A stretch of DNA of 60,381 nucleotides, counting the filler, from Porpidia crustulata (Eukaryota), in NCBI GenBank assembly GCA_964255105.1. It is 9 parts of 9 records of this genome, joined end to end, with 100 filler letters (N's around TTAATTAATTAA, not from the genome) between each part and the next. Parts side by side here need not be neighbours in the genome. Positions count along the whole stretch, not along the records: positions 20,180 to 26,800 come from CAXUWE010001494.1; positions 26,901 to 33,520 come from CAXUWE010001495.1; positions 33,621 to 40,240 come from CAXUWE010001496.1; 6 more parts are not named here. One strand, given 5' to 3'. The notes below the pieces were generated by a model. That model saw nothing but the letters and a program-made list of their open reading frames with translations. It was not told where the DNA came from and did no database searches. This document shows, one piece after another, positions 22,778 to 36,600 of this stretch. The position numbers were made by a program, and so were the translations under genes. The stretch's first letter is position 1, and each line of letters begins with the position of its first letter.

Positions 22778-23403
22778 AGGTGTGCAGAGATCTATCAGCT
22801 TCACTCCCGTACTGACAGAGGTTTGCACATATCACGAGATTACAGAGTACAATCCTAGATGTCTCCGGGGCATGATGCACTTGAAAAACCATAGAGAATC
22901 CTAGTATCCGCAAAAAATGGGGATGCAAGGTACGTGGCTTTTTAGAGCACGGTACACCAAAGTTTATATCGAGACAAAGCCAGGACATACTTGAGGACAT
23001 TAGACTGAGCTACTCTAGAGAGATGTAGCTAACCCTTGAAAATCGAGATGTTTTACATTTAGTTCTAGGCATTCGATCTTTGAGATATCCAATCTCTGAG
23101 CATGAACCTGAATGGAACCACCAGTGATAAGATTTTGTAAGATCGTCTGAAATGATTGAGGTCTAAACCTTACTTTAATGCCAAGGCCCTTATAATGGCA
23201 TAACGCTAGCCAGCTAGTAGCCTTAGGTACCTACGTAGGTAGGGACTTGAACAGCCTTCATATTTTTTACCTTAATTCTATACTGCCAGTCATTCATCGA
23301 GAGGTCGTGGCTAGATAGAGTAGAATCGTCTGAGAATCAGCCGTCAGGTAATCTGAGAGACCGCTTTGCTTCAACTGATTCGACGTGCTCCCGAGCCATA
23401 TTT

Positions 23404-24176
23404 ATGGATTACCAGGTGTGTTCATCCAGTATGAACATGTCTAAGCTCTTCTAAGTTTTCATGTCTTGCAGAACCGTGCCGGTAGCAAGTTTGGCGGCGG
23501 CGGCGTAGCGTCCTACTCAAGCACCAACGCCGACCGACGAGAACGCCTGCGAAAACTCGCCCTCGAAACCATCGACCTCGACAAAGACCCTTACTTCTTC
23601 AAAAACCACGTCGGTTCGTTCGAGTGCCGGTTATGTCTCACCGTTCATCAGAACGATGGCTCCTATCTCGCGCACACCCAAGGCAGGAAGCATCAGACCA
23701 ACTTGGCGCGCCGAGCAGCGCGGGAGCAGAAGGAGGGTAGGGCGCAAGATGCGAATATGCTGGGGGTTAATTTGGGCGTGCCGGTGCGGAGGAACATGGT
23801 CAAGATCGGCAGACCAGGCTACAAAATTACAAAGACGAGGGATCCGTTGACGAGGCAGCATGGGTTGCTTTTTCAGCTACAGTATCCTGAGATCACACCC
23901 GGAGTCCAGCCGCGGGTAAGGTTCATGTCGGCGTTTGAGCAAAAGATAGATGACCCACCGGACAAGAATTATCAGTATCTACTGGTGGCGGCTGAGCCTT
24001 ACGAGATATGTGGATTCAAGCTACAGGCCAGGGAGGTGGATCGGAGGGAAGGGAGGTTCTGGACATGGTTTGACGAGGATAGTAAAGAGTTCTTCGTCCA
24101 GGTGCTCTTCAAGACGGAGAGAGAGGAGAGATACAGCGGTGTGCCTGGGCTTGCACCGAGTGCGCCAAGGAGATAG
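23404..24176 (+). CDS. PRP11: Splicing factor 3a subunit 2 (SF3a66/Sap62/Prp11)
   Basis: Micro-exon MDYQ 23404-23415, then NRAGSKFGGGG...RRERLRKLALETIDLDKDPY; U1C-type Zn finger ECRLCLTVH...HTQGRKH; FMSAFEQ and AAEPYE. Confidence 0.95.
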
Positions 24177-24396
24177 ATCTTGAATTGAAATAAAGAGACA
24201 GTGGTCGACTAGGATGCGGCAACCAGATAGATATCCCAATGAGTCATTAATAGGTAGACCTTTCTGATTGATGAGACATTTATTACAAGCAAGCCACTGG
24301 CTATGGTATAAATCTGACCGTGGCGCCATCTTCCCAAACTCCTACCATTATGCATCATTCGTGTTATGCGCGCTAGTATGTACGATCAAAGCCATA

Positions 24397-24989
24397 TCAC
24401 CGATCAGACTTCTCATCTTCATCGAACGGATCCCCAAACTCCTCTGTAATTCCAGTATCAGGATCTGTCACATAACATCAAGGTCTGGGGAAGCTTACTC
24501 AAATTGAATTTCTTATCCACTACCTGCTCCATAGCCCTCTGATACTCCTCCCGCGCCTTCCTATTATCCCACGCATAGCCCACCTCATTCTCTGGCCCCC
24601 GTTTCTTCGCCGACTGTCCCATCAAGGTATGTGACAACTGACCACGTCCAGCCTTGCCAGGTTTCCCGACTGCAGACGGGAATTGCGGCTCAAAGCCGTT
24701 CTGATTGGTATCGGCATTGGCGCTTTCCGTAAAGTCCATCATATCGTCGAGGAAAGCCGCGTCGGTTGGTTCGGAAGGATCTTGGGATAGCGGAGGGGAG
24801 TCTAGGATGTTGAGGAGCGTAGAGGTCCGTCCAGGGGTCGTGGGCTCGTTTGCTGTGGGGAACATGGCATCCGAGCCATCGTCTTCGGAGTGGGAGGCGT
24901 GCATTTGGGAGTCGCCGTCTGGGTCTAAAAGTGGGTGTAAGCTTATCCAATTCCGTAGCAGATGTATTGGAGTTGAACTGACCTGACAT
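24397..24989 (-). CDS. Hypothetical acidic protein, 3 exons
   Basis: The spliced model MSDPDGDSQMHASHSEDD...GYAWDNRKAREEYQRAMEQVVDKKFNLKEFGDPFDEDEKSDR* keeps frame across two canonical introns. Confidence 0.75.
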
Positions 24990-25320
24990 GTTGGGGTTTT
25001 GATCAGGTATTTCAGCTACCTTGACAAAACGAGAACATAAGGGTTTGATATCTACGGGAAGCTCCGTCCCCGCTCACCGCTAATGCAGCCCTAACCGATG
25101 GACCCTTAAAGAGTGCTAAACCAATCTCGAATTTGTGTCCCACAGCACCCGGAGTGTACTGTCTGACTGTCATCCATTTTTGCCACTTCAAGAAGTTACC
25201 TCTCAATCTTTCCATTGCCTAACCCAGAGGTCTCTATTTCAGTTCGATTCTACGTTTTTGTTTCTACCCTTGCTAAACTGTGGGAAAGACCGGTTCAGCA
25301 CCTCGCACGTAAAGGCAAGC

Positions 25321-26200
25321 ATGGCGCCTGGTGGGAAGGTCTCTGATGCTTGGGATGATGATTGGGTAGTCAAGGCAGATGTGGGTTTCTGCAGCTGAAT
25401 GATACTTAAGCCATTGTGGGCTGACGAGCATATTCTAGACTCCTGAATCTTCTGCTGCTCCAGCTCCAACCAGCACAAAGACTTCAAAGGCTGAGCGGCG
25501 GGCAAAGCAGGCTGAATTCAACAGACAATTATGGCAAGAAGCGTGAGTACGACTAATCTAAGATTGGGCGTGAATTAATTTCTACGACAGCGAAGCTCCG
25601 GAAGGCTCATACTATCTTCATACTCGAGACGAAGTTCCGCTCAAGACCGAGTTTAAGCCAGCCGTAAAAGTCTTAAGCCGCAAACCTACTTCGAAAAAGG
25701 AAACTTACATAGATCCAATTACTGGACTTGAGCAACTTGTTGTAGATGATGATGACGAGGACGAAGAGGACGAAACCAAAAAGAAACCATTGACTATGGA
25801 AGAACGGCAATTAAAAGCGCAGCAAGAGCGAGAAGAAAAGCAAAAGAAATACGAGGAAGCTCGACAAAGGCTTTTCGGTACAAACAGCATCCCTAATGCC
25901 AAATCTGGCACTACGACACCAATCACAGCCAAATCCAACGGAGATTCCAGAAATTCATCCAGGAACAAGGGCATTAAAGAAAGCCGACCAACTTCGTCAG
26001 CAGGCAACAAGAATCGCCAGCTCTATGATCCCAACTACACTGCGAAGCCGGAATCCGTTTCCCTACAGAGCAAAGACACACCGACGGGGTCAGGCCGTTC
26101 TACGCCACTTGAACAGCAGCCCATTAGAAGTCCAAGGGGCCCTGAAACGAGTGGAAGAGGCGGTTTTGGCTTTGCACCGCGAGGCGGTCGGGTGGCTTAG
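25321..26200 (+). CDS. SUZ/SUZ-C domain protein (SZRD1-like RNA-binding protein)
   Basis: VSDAWDDDW start, VKVLSRKP, SUZ-like TMEER...EREEKQKKYEEARQRLFG, SUZ-C-like QPIRSPRGPETSGRGGFGF; two introns. Confidence 0.82.
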
Positions 26201-26545
26201 ATCCTCGACTTTCCCCATCACTACGGTTCCCCAGGCCCAAAGCTACGAAGATGCGGCAACAACGATATGGAAAACGAACACCCAAGGGAATTACACCAAG
26301 GGCCAGCCACTGTAGCATTATTTGTGGCTAAATCATTCCTTTCCTATGTGGAATGTTTGCGCCGTCGAGCAAATTTCGACAGCGGAATGTTTACCCTCAG
26401 ATATTAAGGAGCCATGTGTCCCCTGACGATTGCCTGAAGATCCCCTGAAGATTCTTACCCTAGAAATACTCGAAAACACACTCTTTGACGGCAGCATTAC
26501 TGACTAAACAGTCCACATCTTACCAAAGCACCCACAACCGCTACA

Positions 26546-26800
26546 ATGGCTATCAACACGTATATCACCGTCACCATCACGGTCACTGCCCTCGCGGTCG
26601 TGTCCTCCGCCAACCCCGTGACCATACCTGGAGTGCTGCCCACCTCGTCTCTCTCCGCGCTTCCACCAGGGATCTCATCCTCCTTGCTCTCCATCCTCAG
26701 CTCCGCAACCTCCAACGGCTTGTTACCCAGCGCACTACCAGTCACGCCCATCGTCCCAGGGGCTGCCACCCCTTCTCTCACAACCGACGGCCTAGGCAAC
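26546..26800 (+). CDS. 5' fragment of a secreted Ser/Thr/Pro-rich protein
   Basis: Hydrophobic leader MAINTYITVTITVTALAVVSSA-NP; the frame stays open to the contig edge. Confidence 0.55.
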
Positions 26801-26900
26801 NNNNNNNNNNNNNNNNNNNNNNNNNNNNNNNNNNNNNNNNNNNNTTAATTAATTAANNNNNNNNNNNNNNNNNNNNNNNNNNNNNNNNNNNNNNNNNNNN
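26801..26900. other. Artificial contig linker
   Basis: 44 N + TTAATTAATTAA + 44 N. Confidence 0.98.
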
Positions 26901-27051
26901 GAATTTGGTGCTGCTGGTGTTTTGTAGGATTTTCTGGACAGTGGCCAGAAGGCTTGAATCCGTTGTTTGATCGTTGGCAGAGCCTCTACGTGTCTGCCCC
27001 GCTCTGCCCATGCTCGGACGTTCACCAACGCCCATGCTCCTTGCCCCACCT

Positions 27052-28209
27052 CTACGCATCATGATCGATCTTCTCCAGCTTCCCCAGCTCCCTCTTCTCC
27101 CCCGTCTCGCCCACCAGCCTCAGTCTATCGATCCGCACCTTCTCGCCCTCACCGTCTCCGTCCATCACAAACACCACCAGCGAACTCACGTTTTGGAACT
27201 TGACGAACCGCAGCTCGATCTTCGCGGTCCCGGTCTTGGCGTCCCAGTCCCGCGGCGCGAGCGTAATTTCTTGGGTCGTGGGGATATCGTCGGCCTCGTC
27301 GAAGCCGAGGATGTTGGCGCGGTTGGAATAGATTTTGATGGTTTTGGGGCGCATGAGGGTGTCGGAGGAGTCGGATGAGTCGGAGGAAGGGAGGGATGTG
27401 AGATGCAGCGTGTGGATCTTGAGTGTGGATTGGAAGGGGATGAAGAGCATGAGCTGTTCATCCGTGTCGCTCTCCACCCAGTCCTTTGTGCCCTCTGCGT
27501 CTGCTTTCCCCTTCCCGCTACTGAGAGCCGAGGGTTTGCTGCCTTCGAATAACGTTCTTGCATTACCTAAATCGCTGTTGGAGTTCAGAAGGTCGAGACC
27601 TCTGATGTCGACTTGATCCGTGACGTCGTTGTAACCCTTGGGTAGATTTGAGCCCAGCCAGGTAAAACCGCTACCGCTGGCTTCGCCGAAACCGCCGGAT
27701 GCATCCGAATCGGCTTCGGCGGCGAGCTTCTTTATAGCTTCGGACAGCTTTCGAGGGTCAGCGCCTTTTATGGTGGAGACGGCTTGCTTGTTTTTGAATA
27801 TCATGAAAGTAGGAAGACTACGGGATACTCTTAGAGTCAGCTCCATGAAATTGTAGATACATGTGATGGAGGCAGGTGACTCACGCTGTGACACTATACG
27901 TCTTCGCAATTTCTTGCTGTTGTTCGGTATTTACTTTGGCGAAAGTGATCTTCTGCGGTCGAGAGAGCTGTGCCGAGAGCTGTTCGTATATCGGGGCGAT
28001 TTGTTTGCAGGGGCCGCACCAGTCGGCGTAAACTAAATGGCATTATATCAGTACGAAATTACTTAAGCTTTTGAGTACTCGAAGCCATGATGGCACGAGG
28101 TAGTGGGGGAGGTGGGGGAAAAGCACGTACAATCTGTCACTACTATCTTGGAGGCGCCAAGCAGCTTATCGAACTGACTCGTAGAGCCTATCTGGACTGT
28201 TTTCGACAT
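27052..28209 (-). CDS. TXNL1: Thioredoxin + PITH domain protein (TXNL1/Txl1)
   Basis: MSKTVQI..., FYADWCGPCK active site, PTFMIFK; PITH motifs ESDTDEQLMLFIPF and LRFVKFQNVSSLVVFV; two introns. Confidence 0.93.
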
Positions 28210-28752
28210 TTCCTGGCGGGAGGGAGACACAGTTTACGGTATGTTTTTGAGATTTGTAGGGAATTTCGTCGTCTTGACTTCAGCTGGCCATGTTCGTTTC
28301 AAGATGTTTCGCCTAAATGTGGACGGCAATCTGGTCGATACCGTCACATCCCCATCAGATTTCAGGGGCGTACTCGGAAAAGGTCAATGTGAATCATTTA
28401 TCAACTGCTATATACTTGTGTTCATTCTTGCGGTCGTCCGATCTAGCAATATTTTGCTTCAGGTATCCTGATATTATAGCCGCACGATCCTCCACTTGAC
28501 GACTTCAAATAACTCTAGTATGCTTCCAATGCAGGCTGATACGCCATTCATCGTCTGCCTGCATCTGAACTGAATCCTCTCAAGCCCCAAAGTATGAGAC
28601 TTGAGCTGCATCATCTTCATGAGATCATCCTTCTCAGCAAGCGGCGGCAGTTGACAAGCTCAACTTGATTGTCCAAGTCGAGACCGTGCGTCGACCTTGG
28701 TAAAGGCTCGAAGAATCATCGATGTGGGGAATAGAGGATTTACGGTCCCTAT

Positions 28753-29268
28753 TCAGCCATCTTCTACCATCGCAAAAGCGACTCTTAGCCAAAGGCTACA
28801 CCCTCGACATCCTGTTATGACCTCTCCGTGTTCCGCATCTTCCACAAGTTCCTCTTCGCTGATCTGGAATCCTCTCTCATTACCACATCGACAACTCCGA
28901 TACCATATACTATCCTCTTCGTCAAATGCAAGATCGTCTAGATCCACAGTCTCAAGACCCGGGTGGAATTTCTCCGAAATTAGGCTGACAGATGGGTCTT
29001 TCAGTTTCGCTAACCGATCGTATTCTGATCGGCGCTTAGGATCGATCAAAGTCTTGTAAGCGACTGTTATCTGGTCGACTGTATGGCTTGAAGATACAAA
29101 GTGCTGCTGGGTTGGAGCAGGGAGACGAGACTTGTCAGGGTGGTGCTGTAGGAGGGCTCGTCGATATGCTGTTTTGATGTCGTGTAGGGTAACCGCTTGA
29201 TCCCCGACACATGGTGATGGTAGATCCAGAATCTTGTAGTGATCCTGGATATACTCTTGCTGTTTCAT
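28753..29268 (-). CDS. DPH4: Diphthamide biosynthesis protein 4 (J domain + CSL zinc finger)
   Basis: AYRRALLQHHPDK J domain; VDLDDL, CRCG and GCRGCSLWL CSL finger. Confidence 0.93.
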   Translation of the reverse strand: MKQQEYIQDHYKILDLPSPCVGDQAVTLHDIKTAYRRALLQHHPDKSRLPAPTQQHFVSSSHTVDQITVAYKTLIDPKRRSEYDRLAKLKDPSVSLISEKFHPGLETVDLDDLAFDEEDSIWYRSCRCGNERGFQISEEELVEDAEHGEVITGCRGCSLWLRVAFAMVEDG

Positions 29269-29714
29269 ATTGAGTGCATCGTCTGTCAGCTGACAGTAAA
29301 TTGCTCAGAGGCGTGAGGGAGAAGAAGTTGGCAGGCGATAGTTTACCCCGCCAACCCCCCGGCCAAACATTTGCCCTGCTTGAAGGATTGTAGGGGTGAC
29401 GAGTGATCGCCATCTTCTTGATTTCCTGCTTTCAATGCGATCCACCCAATAGTTAATGAGGCCTATTTCTTAACAAATGTGATGTCGAGTGTCTCTGTTT
29501 CTATTCAAGTACGAACATGTCTCCTTATGCAACTAGCGATTGGTTCCTTACGTCTTCAACATGACGACTGTGACCCAAATGGATCTTTCAATAGCTAAAT
29601 ACCATTTTATCACCAATCTCCCCCTTCATGCTCGCCCTTTCCACGACTGAAGCCTGATTGTGACGATGTGTGCTCGGTGTTTTCTGTAAGCCTGGAACTT
29701 ACCATTCGCTCAAT

Positions 29715-32700
29715 ATGTCAAACAGCGCAGATTTCGACGAGGACGCTTCCAGACGCACCGATATAGCGCCTTATAATTCACGTCATCCTGTGCCAACAGT
29801 CCAAGGCTATCAGGAAACGCAAGAGAAGCGGGAAGAAGCCACAGAAAAAACATTGCCTGAGCATCCAACAGAGGAAGGCCAGCCAGAAGAAGGAAAATTG
29901 CACGAGCTTTTCGAGTCTGCAAAAAACCACTTTCACCTTCCAAATAACAAAGATTCCAATCAGAAACAACCCTACATAAGCTCCAATCGCAATGTTGAGC
30001 AACCAGTATCCCAAGATGGTGATAATATGGGGGAAAGCCAGACGAATGGGCAAGGGAGAGACCATGGGACAGCTGACCAGTGCCAGCAGGATCAAAACAT
30101 CATGGAAGAGCTTGATCCTCGGAAGAAACGCAAGAACATGAAACATATGAAGAGGGATCATGCACCTCGAGAAGTTACCGACCCGGTCACACATCTGCCT
30201 GTCATGATACATGACTCTACGAATTCAGAACTGAGAAATGCGCCTGAGAACGTGGCTAAAGATAGTTCGAGTAGTTTAAGCAGTAGTACTCACCTAGAGC
30301 GCCAGATAGAGCGTGAGCAGGCAGAACACAGAGGACTGGAAAAGCTATTTCCGCCTCCGAACTTTGAAGCTACTCGGGAGGAGCTGAGCGGGATTTTTGA
30401 GCGTGCTATAACTATTGGCTTGAGCTCAGCCTTTGTCATCTTTGTTGTTCTACTTCTCAGCAATCATCTAATCAGTGTCGGTTTGACGTTCCGGGTTAGC
30501 GGCTCCTCAAAATCATGGATCTACATCGTCACTTCTTCCCTGCTGCTACTCACAACAGGACTATTAATGGGAGGTGGTGTAATCTGGGGCCTACGAGGCT
30601 GGCTTAGGAACAAAGTCAATGCTGCTTGGGATGACGAAGTTTGGAGCGCAGCCAAGAAGCAGGAGCAAAATTCCTCTCAATCCCCAACGCCCGAATCAAC
30701 TGAATGGCTCAACTCTCTGTTAGCATCTGTGTGGCCGCTGATTAATCCCGACTTGTTTACAAGCTTAGCAGATACTTTAGAAGACGTGATGCAGGCATCG
30801 CTTCCCAAGTTGGTGAGAATGATAAGTGTGGAAGACCTTGGCCAAGGAAGCGAAGCGATTCGCATCCTAGGCATCAGGTGGCTCCCAACTGGTGCTGCCA
30901 GCAAAAACGTATCGGCTGATGGAGAGATCCAAAACAACGATAGAAAGGGGCAGACCGATCGTAAAGTTCCTGGCCAAGGGAATCTCGATGATGGTGGCAA
31001 TTCAGACGGAGACGATGGCAAACAACATAGTAGCGTTGACAAACAGCAGGAGGGTGATGATGAGAACATGGCAGAGGGACTGGAAGCGGAGGAGGGCGAT
31101 TTTGTCAATATTGAAGTGGCCTTTTCGTACAGGGCATCAACCAGCGGCAAAAGACTCAAGGACAAGGCCAATAATGCGCATCTCTTTCTCGCGTTCTATA
31201 TGCCGGGGAAGATCAGATTTCGTAAGTTGCAATGAGTTGCTTTCTCTATTACCTTACTATATGCTAAACTGTCTCAGCGGTATGGGTCGAACTTCGCGGC
31301 ATTGTGGGGACAATGCGGATGCGTTTACAACTTTGCCCGGACCCCCCGTTCTTCGCATTGTGCACTCTTACGCTTTTAGGCCAGCCCAAAGCTGATCTCT
31401 CCTGCGTACCTTTGATGAAGAGAGGTCCTAATATTATGGATCTCCCCGTCCTCTCATCATTCGTGCAAAGTTCAATTGACGCTGCTTTAGCGGAATACGT
31501 GGCTCCAAAGAGCTTGACGTTGGACTTGAAAGATATGCTGGTCGGCGACGACTTTAAGAAAGATACAAGTGCTCGTGGTACCTTGATGGTGAGTGTTAGA
31601 AGGGCTCGAGATTTCAAAGAAGGGGACATGAACCTTGGCGGGCTAAAGCGAGGCTCCTCTGACTCATACGTTACTGTTGGCTGGGCAAAATTTGGCAAAC
31701 CACTGTGGTCGACTAGGGTAATTATTGCTGACATGGAGCCGATTTGGGACGAGACTACGTTTGTCCTTGTGGGTCCAGACGAGCTCAACGCTGGAGAACG
31801 CCTGCGGGTACAACTCTGGGACTCCGATCGTACTTCAGCGGATGATGACCTTGGAAGGGTTGATGTTGATCTGAAAGAGCTCATGCAGGATTCTCGCTCA
31901 ACTGGCAGGATGTGGGACCGTCGTGATGCTTTCAAAGGCGCAGAAGCTGACAAACAGGAGCCAGGATACATAGAATGGAGTGTCGGTTATTTTGCTAAAA
32001 CAAGAATATCGGAAGAGCAACTTCGACAGCAGAAAATAGAACCTGACGTGAAGACGATCGAGCAGCTGAAGGAGAAGATTTCAAACGATACCGAAAGGAA
32101 GCTGCGAGAAGCCATCAACCGTGACGAGTCGCGAGAGCTCAGTCAGCAAAAGGCGCAGGACTTGAAAATCAGAGAGGACAAGATGATAGTATCTGCGCCT
32201 CCACCACATGATTACCCTACAGGTATCTTCTCCATCCAGATCCACAACATTATGGGTTTAGAATTCGAAAAGACCAATAGAGTCGAACAGGAGGATGGGG
32301 ACGACACTGAAGAGGGCTCTAGTGAACTCCCTTCGAGCTACTGCTCTGTCATTCTCAATCACCAAAAAGTCTTCAAAACGCGGACGAAACCGAAGAACTC
32401 TAAACCTTTCTTTAATGCTGGCACGGAGCGACTGATACGTGACTGGAGGACTACTGAAGTCATGCTATCGATTCGTGACGCTCGCGTGCACGAGGATGAC
32501 CCGCTTTTGGGGATTGTCTACCTTCCCCTTGGTCGTCTGTTCCGAGATTGCTCCCAGATCAATGAACTCTACCCCATTGTAGGCGGCATTGGGTACGGCC
32601 GCATCCGTGTATCCATGGTCTTTCGCTCTGTCCGGCTCCAAATGCCCAAAGAGCTTCAAGGTTGGGACTTTGGCACCCTGGAAATCACAGGTCCCATCAT

Positions 32701-33517
32701 CTCGAAGGATGTGGCTAGTGGATTGCGTGACCTGCGGCTGAAGCTTCGTACCTCAGTCAACCGTGGAAAAATGTACACATCCAGGACTGACGGCAACGAC
32801 ATTCACTGGACAGGCAAAAAGAAGCGCCCTGTCCGTCTTGGCGTGCGGAAACGGTACTGTTCCCCGTTGGTGATCGAGTTTAGGAAAAACAGCATGATGC
32901 TCGACAAAACGCCCGCTTTTGCTATCCTCTGGCTCAAAGACATCCCCGACGATGAAGAGAGAACAGTCACGCTACCCATCTACCACGGCAAACTTCTCAA
33001 ACGCGCCGAAGCCAATTGTCTTGATGCCGCTGATTTAGGCGAAACGATGGGCTCTATAGACGTACCATTGAAACTATGGCATGGTCTAGGCGGCTACCAC
33101 CAAAAACTCGCCAGTAAAAGTCCCAACCTCCAAGACGTCCTCGAATCGCTCGCCACCGCCAACGACAATGAAGAGGTCCGTACCGCCATGTCGCGCGCCG
33201 ATGACACCGACAGCAGCGACTCCGACAGCTCCGCCGCCGCCGCCGACGACGACGACAGTCACAACGCCACCAACCCCAACAACCCACACGGCGAATTCGA
33301 CGGAAACAACGACGACGGCAAGCGCGGGCCCCTAGCCCAGCTGAAGGACTACAAGGAACATCGCGGGGAGCTGCACCGACAGCACCGCGGGCTGATGCAG
33401 TGGAAGGGGGCGCGCACGGCGCATTGGATGAAGACGAAGGTGTTGCATGGCAAGGAGCATGTGCGGGACGGGCTCAAGCTTAGCGGCAGGGATCCGGGGA
33501 TCGAGACGGAGGTGTAG
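29715..33517 (+). CDS. Membrane-anchored SMP + C2 domain protein, Mug190/tricalbin-like
   Basis: VTDPVT motif, two TM segments, PESTEWLNSLL start of an SMP-like domain, C2 domains (SSDSYV, LWDSDRTSADDDLGRV), C-terminal HRGLMQWK; intron 31222-31277. Confidence 0.87.
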
Positions 33518-33520
33518 TGG

Positions 33521-33620
33521 NNNNNNNNNNNNNNNNNNNNNNNNNNNNNNNNNNNNNNNNNNNNTTAATTAATTAANNNNNNNNNNNNNNNNNNNNNNNN
33601 NNNNNNNNNNNNNNNNNNNN
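33521..33620. other. Artificial contig linker
   Basis: 44 N + TTAATTAATTAA + 44 N. Confidence 0.98.
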
Positions 33621-36600
33621 TGCTTGGCGGCGGCGAGCTTGGCGAGGATCGTGGCGCGGTCGATGGGGGTGGGGGTGTGGATGAGAGAGGAAGTTTCGCT
33701 ATCTTGGCCGAAGCGGAACTGGATGATGTCCTTTTCGGCGGGCAGGCGGGACTTTTTCATGCTGTCTCTAGGTTTCTGCCCATTCATGTCGTTACTGCTG
33801 CCGTGATCGCCGAGGACGTCGTGGATGGCTTCAAGGTGAGCATTGTAAACGACGGCTTGGAGATCGGCGCCAGAATAGCCATCTGTGCGGTGGGCAATCT
33901 CAAGGAGGCTTTCTCGGCGTTGGGAGGTTGAGAGCACGTCGGGATCGACCTTGAGCTTCTTGCTCAGGGCCTGAAGGATATCGAGGCGATCCGTAAGGCT
34001 GGGCAAATCACAGATTAAAGACTTGTCGAGACGGCCAGGACGGAGTAGAGCAGGGTCAATCAGGTCGGGCCTTGATGTCGCTGCCAGAACATAGACACCC
34101 GAAAGGCCCTCCGCACCGTCCATTTGCGTCAACATTTGGTTAACCACGCGATCAGTAACGCCCGTAGAATCATGCCCTCGCTTGGGTGCAATACTGTCAA
34201 ATTCATCGAAGAATAGAACGCAGGGTTTTGCGGATTCGGCTCGTTCGAACAAATCACGGACGCTTTTCTCACTGGCTCCAATGTATTTGTTTAGGATCTC
34301 GGGACCTTTGACACTGATAAAGTTAAGACCACATTCTCCAGCCACTGCGCTTGCGAGCAAGGTCTTTCCACATCCGGGGTAGCCGTAGAGTAATAGTCCT
34401 GACCTCAGGCGGAGAGGACACTGAGCAAAGATGGGGGCATATGTCGTCGGGTATTGTAGGGTTTCAAGAAGGATCTTCCGGGTTTCGTGAAGGCCACCAA
34501 TGGATTCGAAAGTTGTTTTGGAAGACTGTAACGTCACTTTTCGCAGCGCAGCAGGCGTGAAGCCATCTAAAGCGCGTTGGAAGTGTTCCTTGCCAATTCG
34601 AATGCCCGAGTCTTTAACCGAAGGTGACTTGGCCTCAATGGTGCTGATGAGTGCTTCATTCCGGGCTCGAGAGACAAGGAGCTGTAAATCACCAGGCATG
34701 TAGCCATCAGTTTGACCGGCGAGGTCAAGTAAGTCGAGAGAGCGATCGACCAGAAACTGTCCAGACTGGGTAGGGTCAGCGGATGGACTATCGGGAAGAG
34801 ATCCGTCCATCCAGGCGATTTCATGATGATCGTCCTCATGGGACCAACCATTGATGTCTTGTTTTTCTGCGCTCCCCAATCCTAATAAACTTTGTAAGAC
34901 TCGTCGTCGACCATCTTTGTTTGGAACCTTCAAGCCGACAATCTCTCGTATTACGTGACCTCCGACGATTATATTGTTAAGCGACTCCTTGCTTTGTGCA
35001 GTCGCAAGCAAGACCACCTTCGAATCGCCACCACAATACTGATGGACTATAGAGCACATAACCTCGCTTATCTGACGGCTACGACCGTTGTCCACAGTCT
35101 GTAACTCGGTCTCGACAGGACATAGCCGATCTAGATCATCTAATATTACTATAGAACGACCGCCTAGTCGCGCACCCCACGATGCTCCCATGAATAGCTT
35201 GGTCGTCCTGTCCTTGACGGTTGAAATCCGAGTTTCTTCTGTCCCTAGCTTGCGACATTGGAAAAACGTAGTATGGTAGAGAAATTCTGAGCGCAAGCGA
35301 CTTCCCAGCAGACGCGTCAGGGACGTCTTGCCAGAACCGAGACCGCCAGTAAGAAGCACAGAGGAGGAATGCAATAGATGAGAGAGCAACTGGTCTATAA
35401 GGTTGTCAATTCCAATCATGGATGCCACTTCGGAAGGGAGGGGTTCCGCAATTGCTGTGGACTCGTTGAGTGCTTGAAGGGTCTTCGGGATTTCTTGTTG
35501 CACATCTATTGCTAGCCGTGAGTCTGAACCCGAAACCCATTCACAAGTATTTCTTTCGTGCCCTTCATTGTTGGAATAGGCAGTGTCAAAGCGCAACATA
35601 CCACCCTCCCAACCAAGAAGTGAAACATCAATTCCAGGCTTCGGGAGGACCATTCCGTCAGTCAAAGGACCATCCAAAAACCCCTTAAATTCATGTCCTT
35701 TATCTCCATACAGCGTTTTGATTCCATCTGCGGCTGCTTCGCGGGCGGACTTTGTCTCACCTCCAAATCGGAGTCCCGCACCACTTCTGCTGCTGGCCAT
35801 AAAGGGGAAAATTTTCAGACCCTTGATCGAGCTCTTCAATACTGGTTGCGGCGCAGCTTCTAGTCGGACGAGACCACCGACCAATGCCTCAACTCCCAAG
35901 ACAGAGCAAAGCGGCGAAGAAAGTACAGCATGCTTGGTATCAGGCGCGTCATAACATGCCATGACTTTAGCAACAACTTTGCGGGCGGGTTTTCCCGCAT
36001 CGCCTGCCTCCATGTCCCTTAAATTTTGCTGCTGATGTGGGTCTAAGGTTGTTTCCAAACCCGCTGGTCGGACAATCGAGACTGTCACCCATCCTGCGCC
36101 TCCTAAAGATTTACTCATCAACACATCTTCATCCAGCCATACAGTAAGCCCACTCCCTTGGAGCACTAGCTTCTGGTCGGGGAACCAATCTTCGCAGAAT
36201 TGTCTATCGACACCACGAAGGAAAGTAGGATTTGGAACATCCTTTCTATGGCTACGAGCCCGCGTACTACCTACGCCGCTCTTGCCCCCTGCGCTTCTTC
36301 TACTTGTACTGGTTACACTTTTACTGTTGGTCCTGTCAGTGTGTGGTAGGCGGGTTCGTGTTTTTGCGGCTACTATGACTTCAGCATCTGGAGCAATCTT
36401 TGCGAAAGGGGAGGAAGATGATATTGGGGGGACGAGCGAGCTGACGATGATGTTGGCGGTAGAAGTAGGCGAAAGATGCAAAGTCAAGGGATGTAGTTGT
36501 CGAGCTTGGGTGGAGGGTGGCGCGGTGAAAGAAGGATTGGGTAGAGCCCGAATTTGAGAAAGCAAATTAATCTCCAGAAAGTTTGCATGGAGTTCAATGA

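Noticed and set aside
23228..23241. 14-bp perfect palindrome TACCTACGTAGGTA upstream of PRP11
   Set aside because: A single short palindrome made of simple TACC/TAGG units, with no supporting context.
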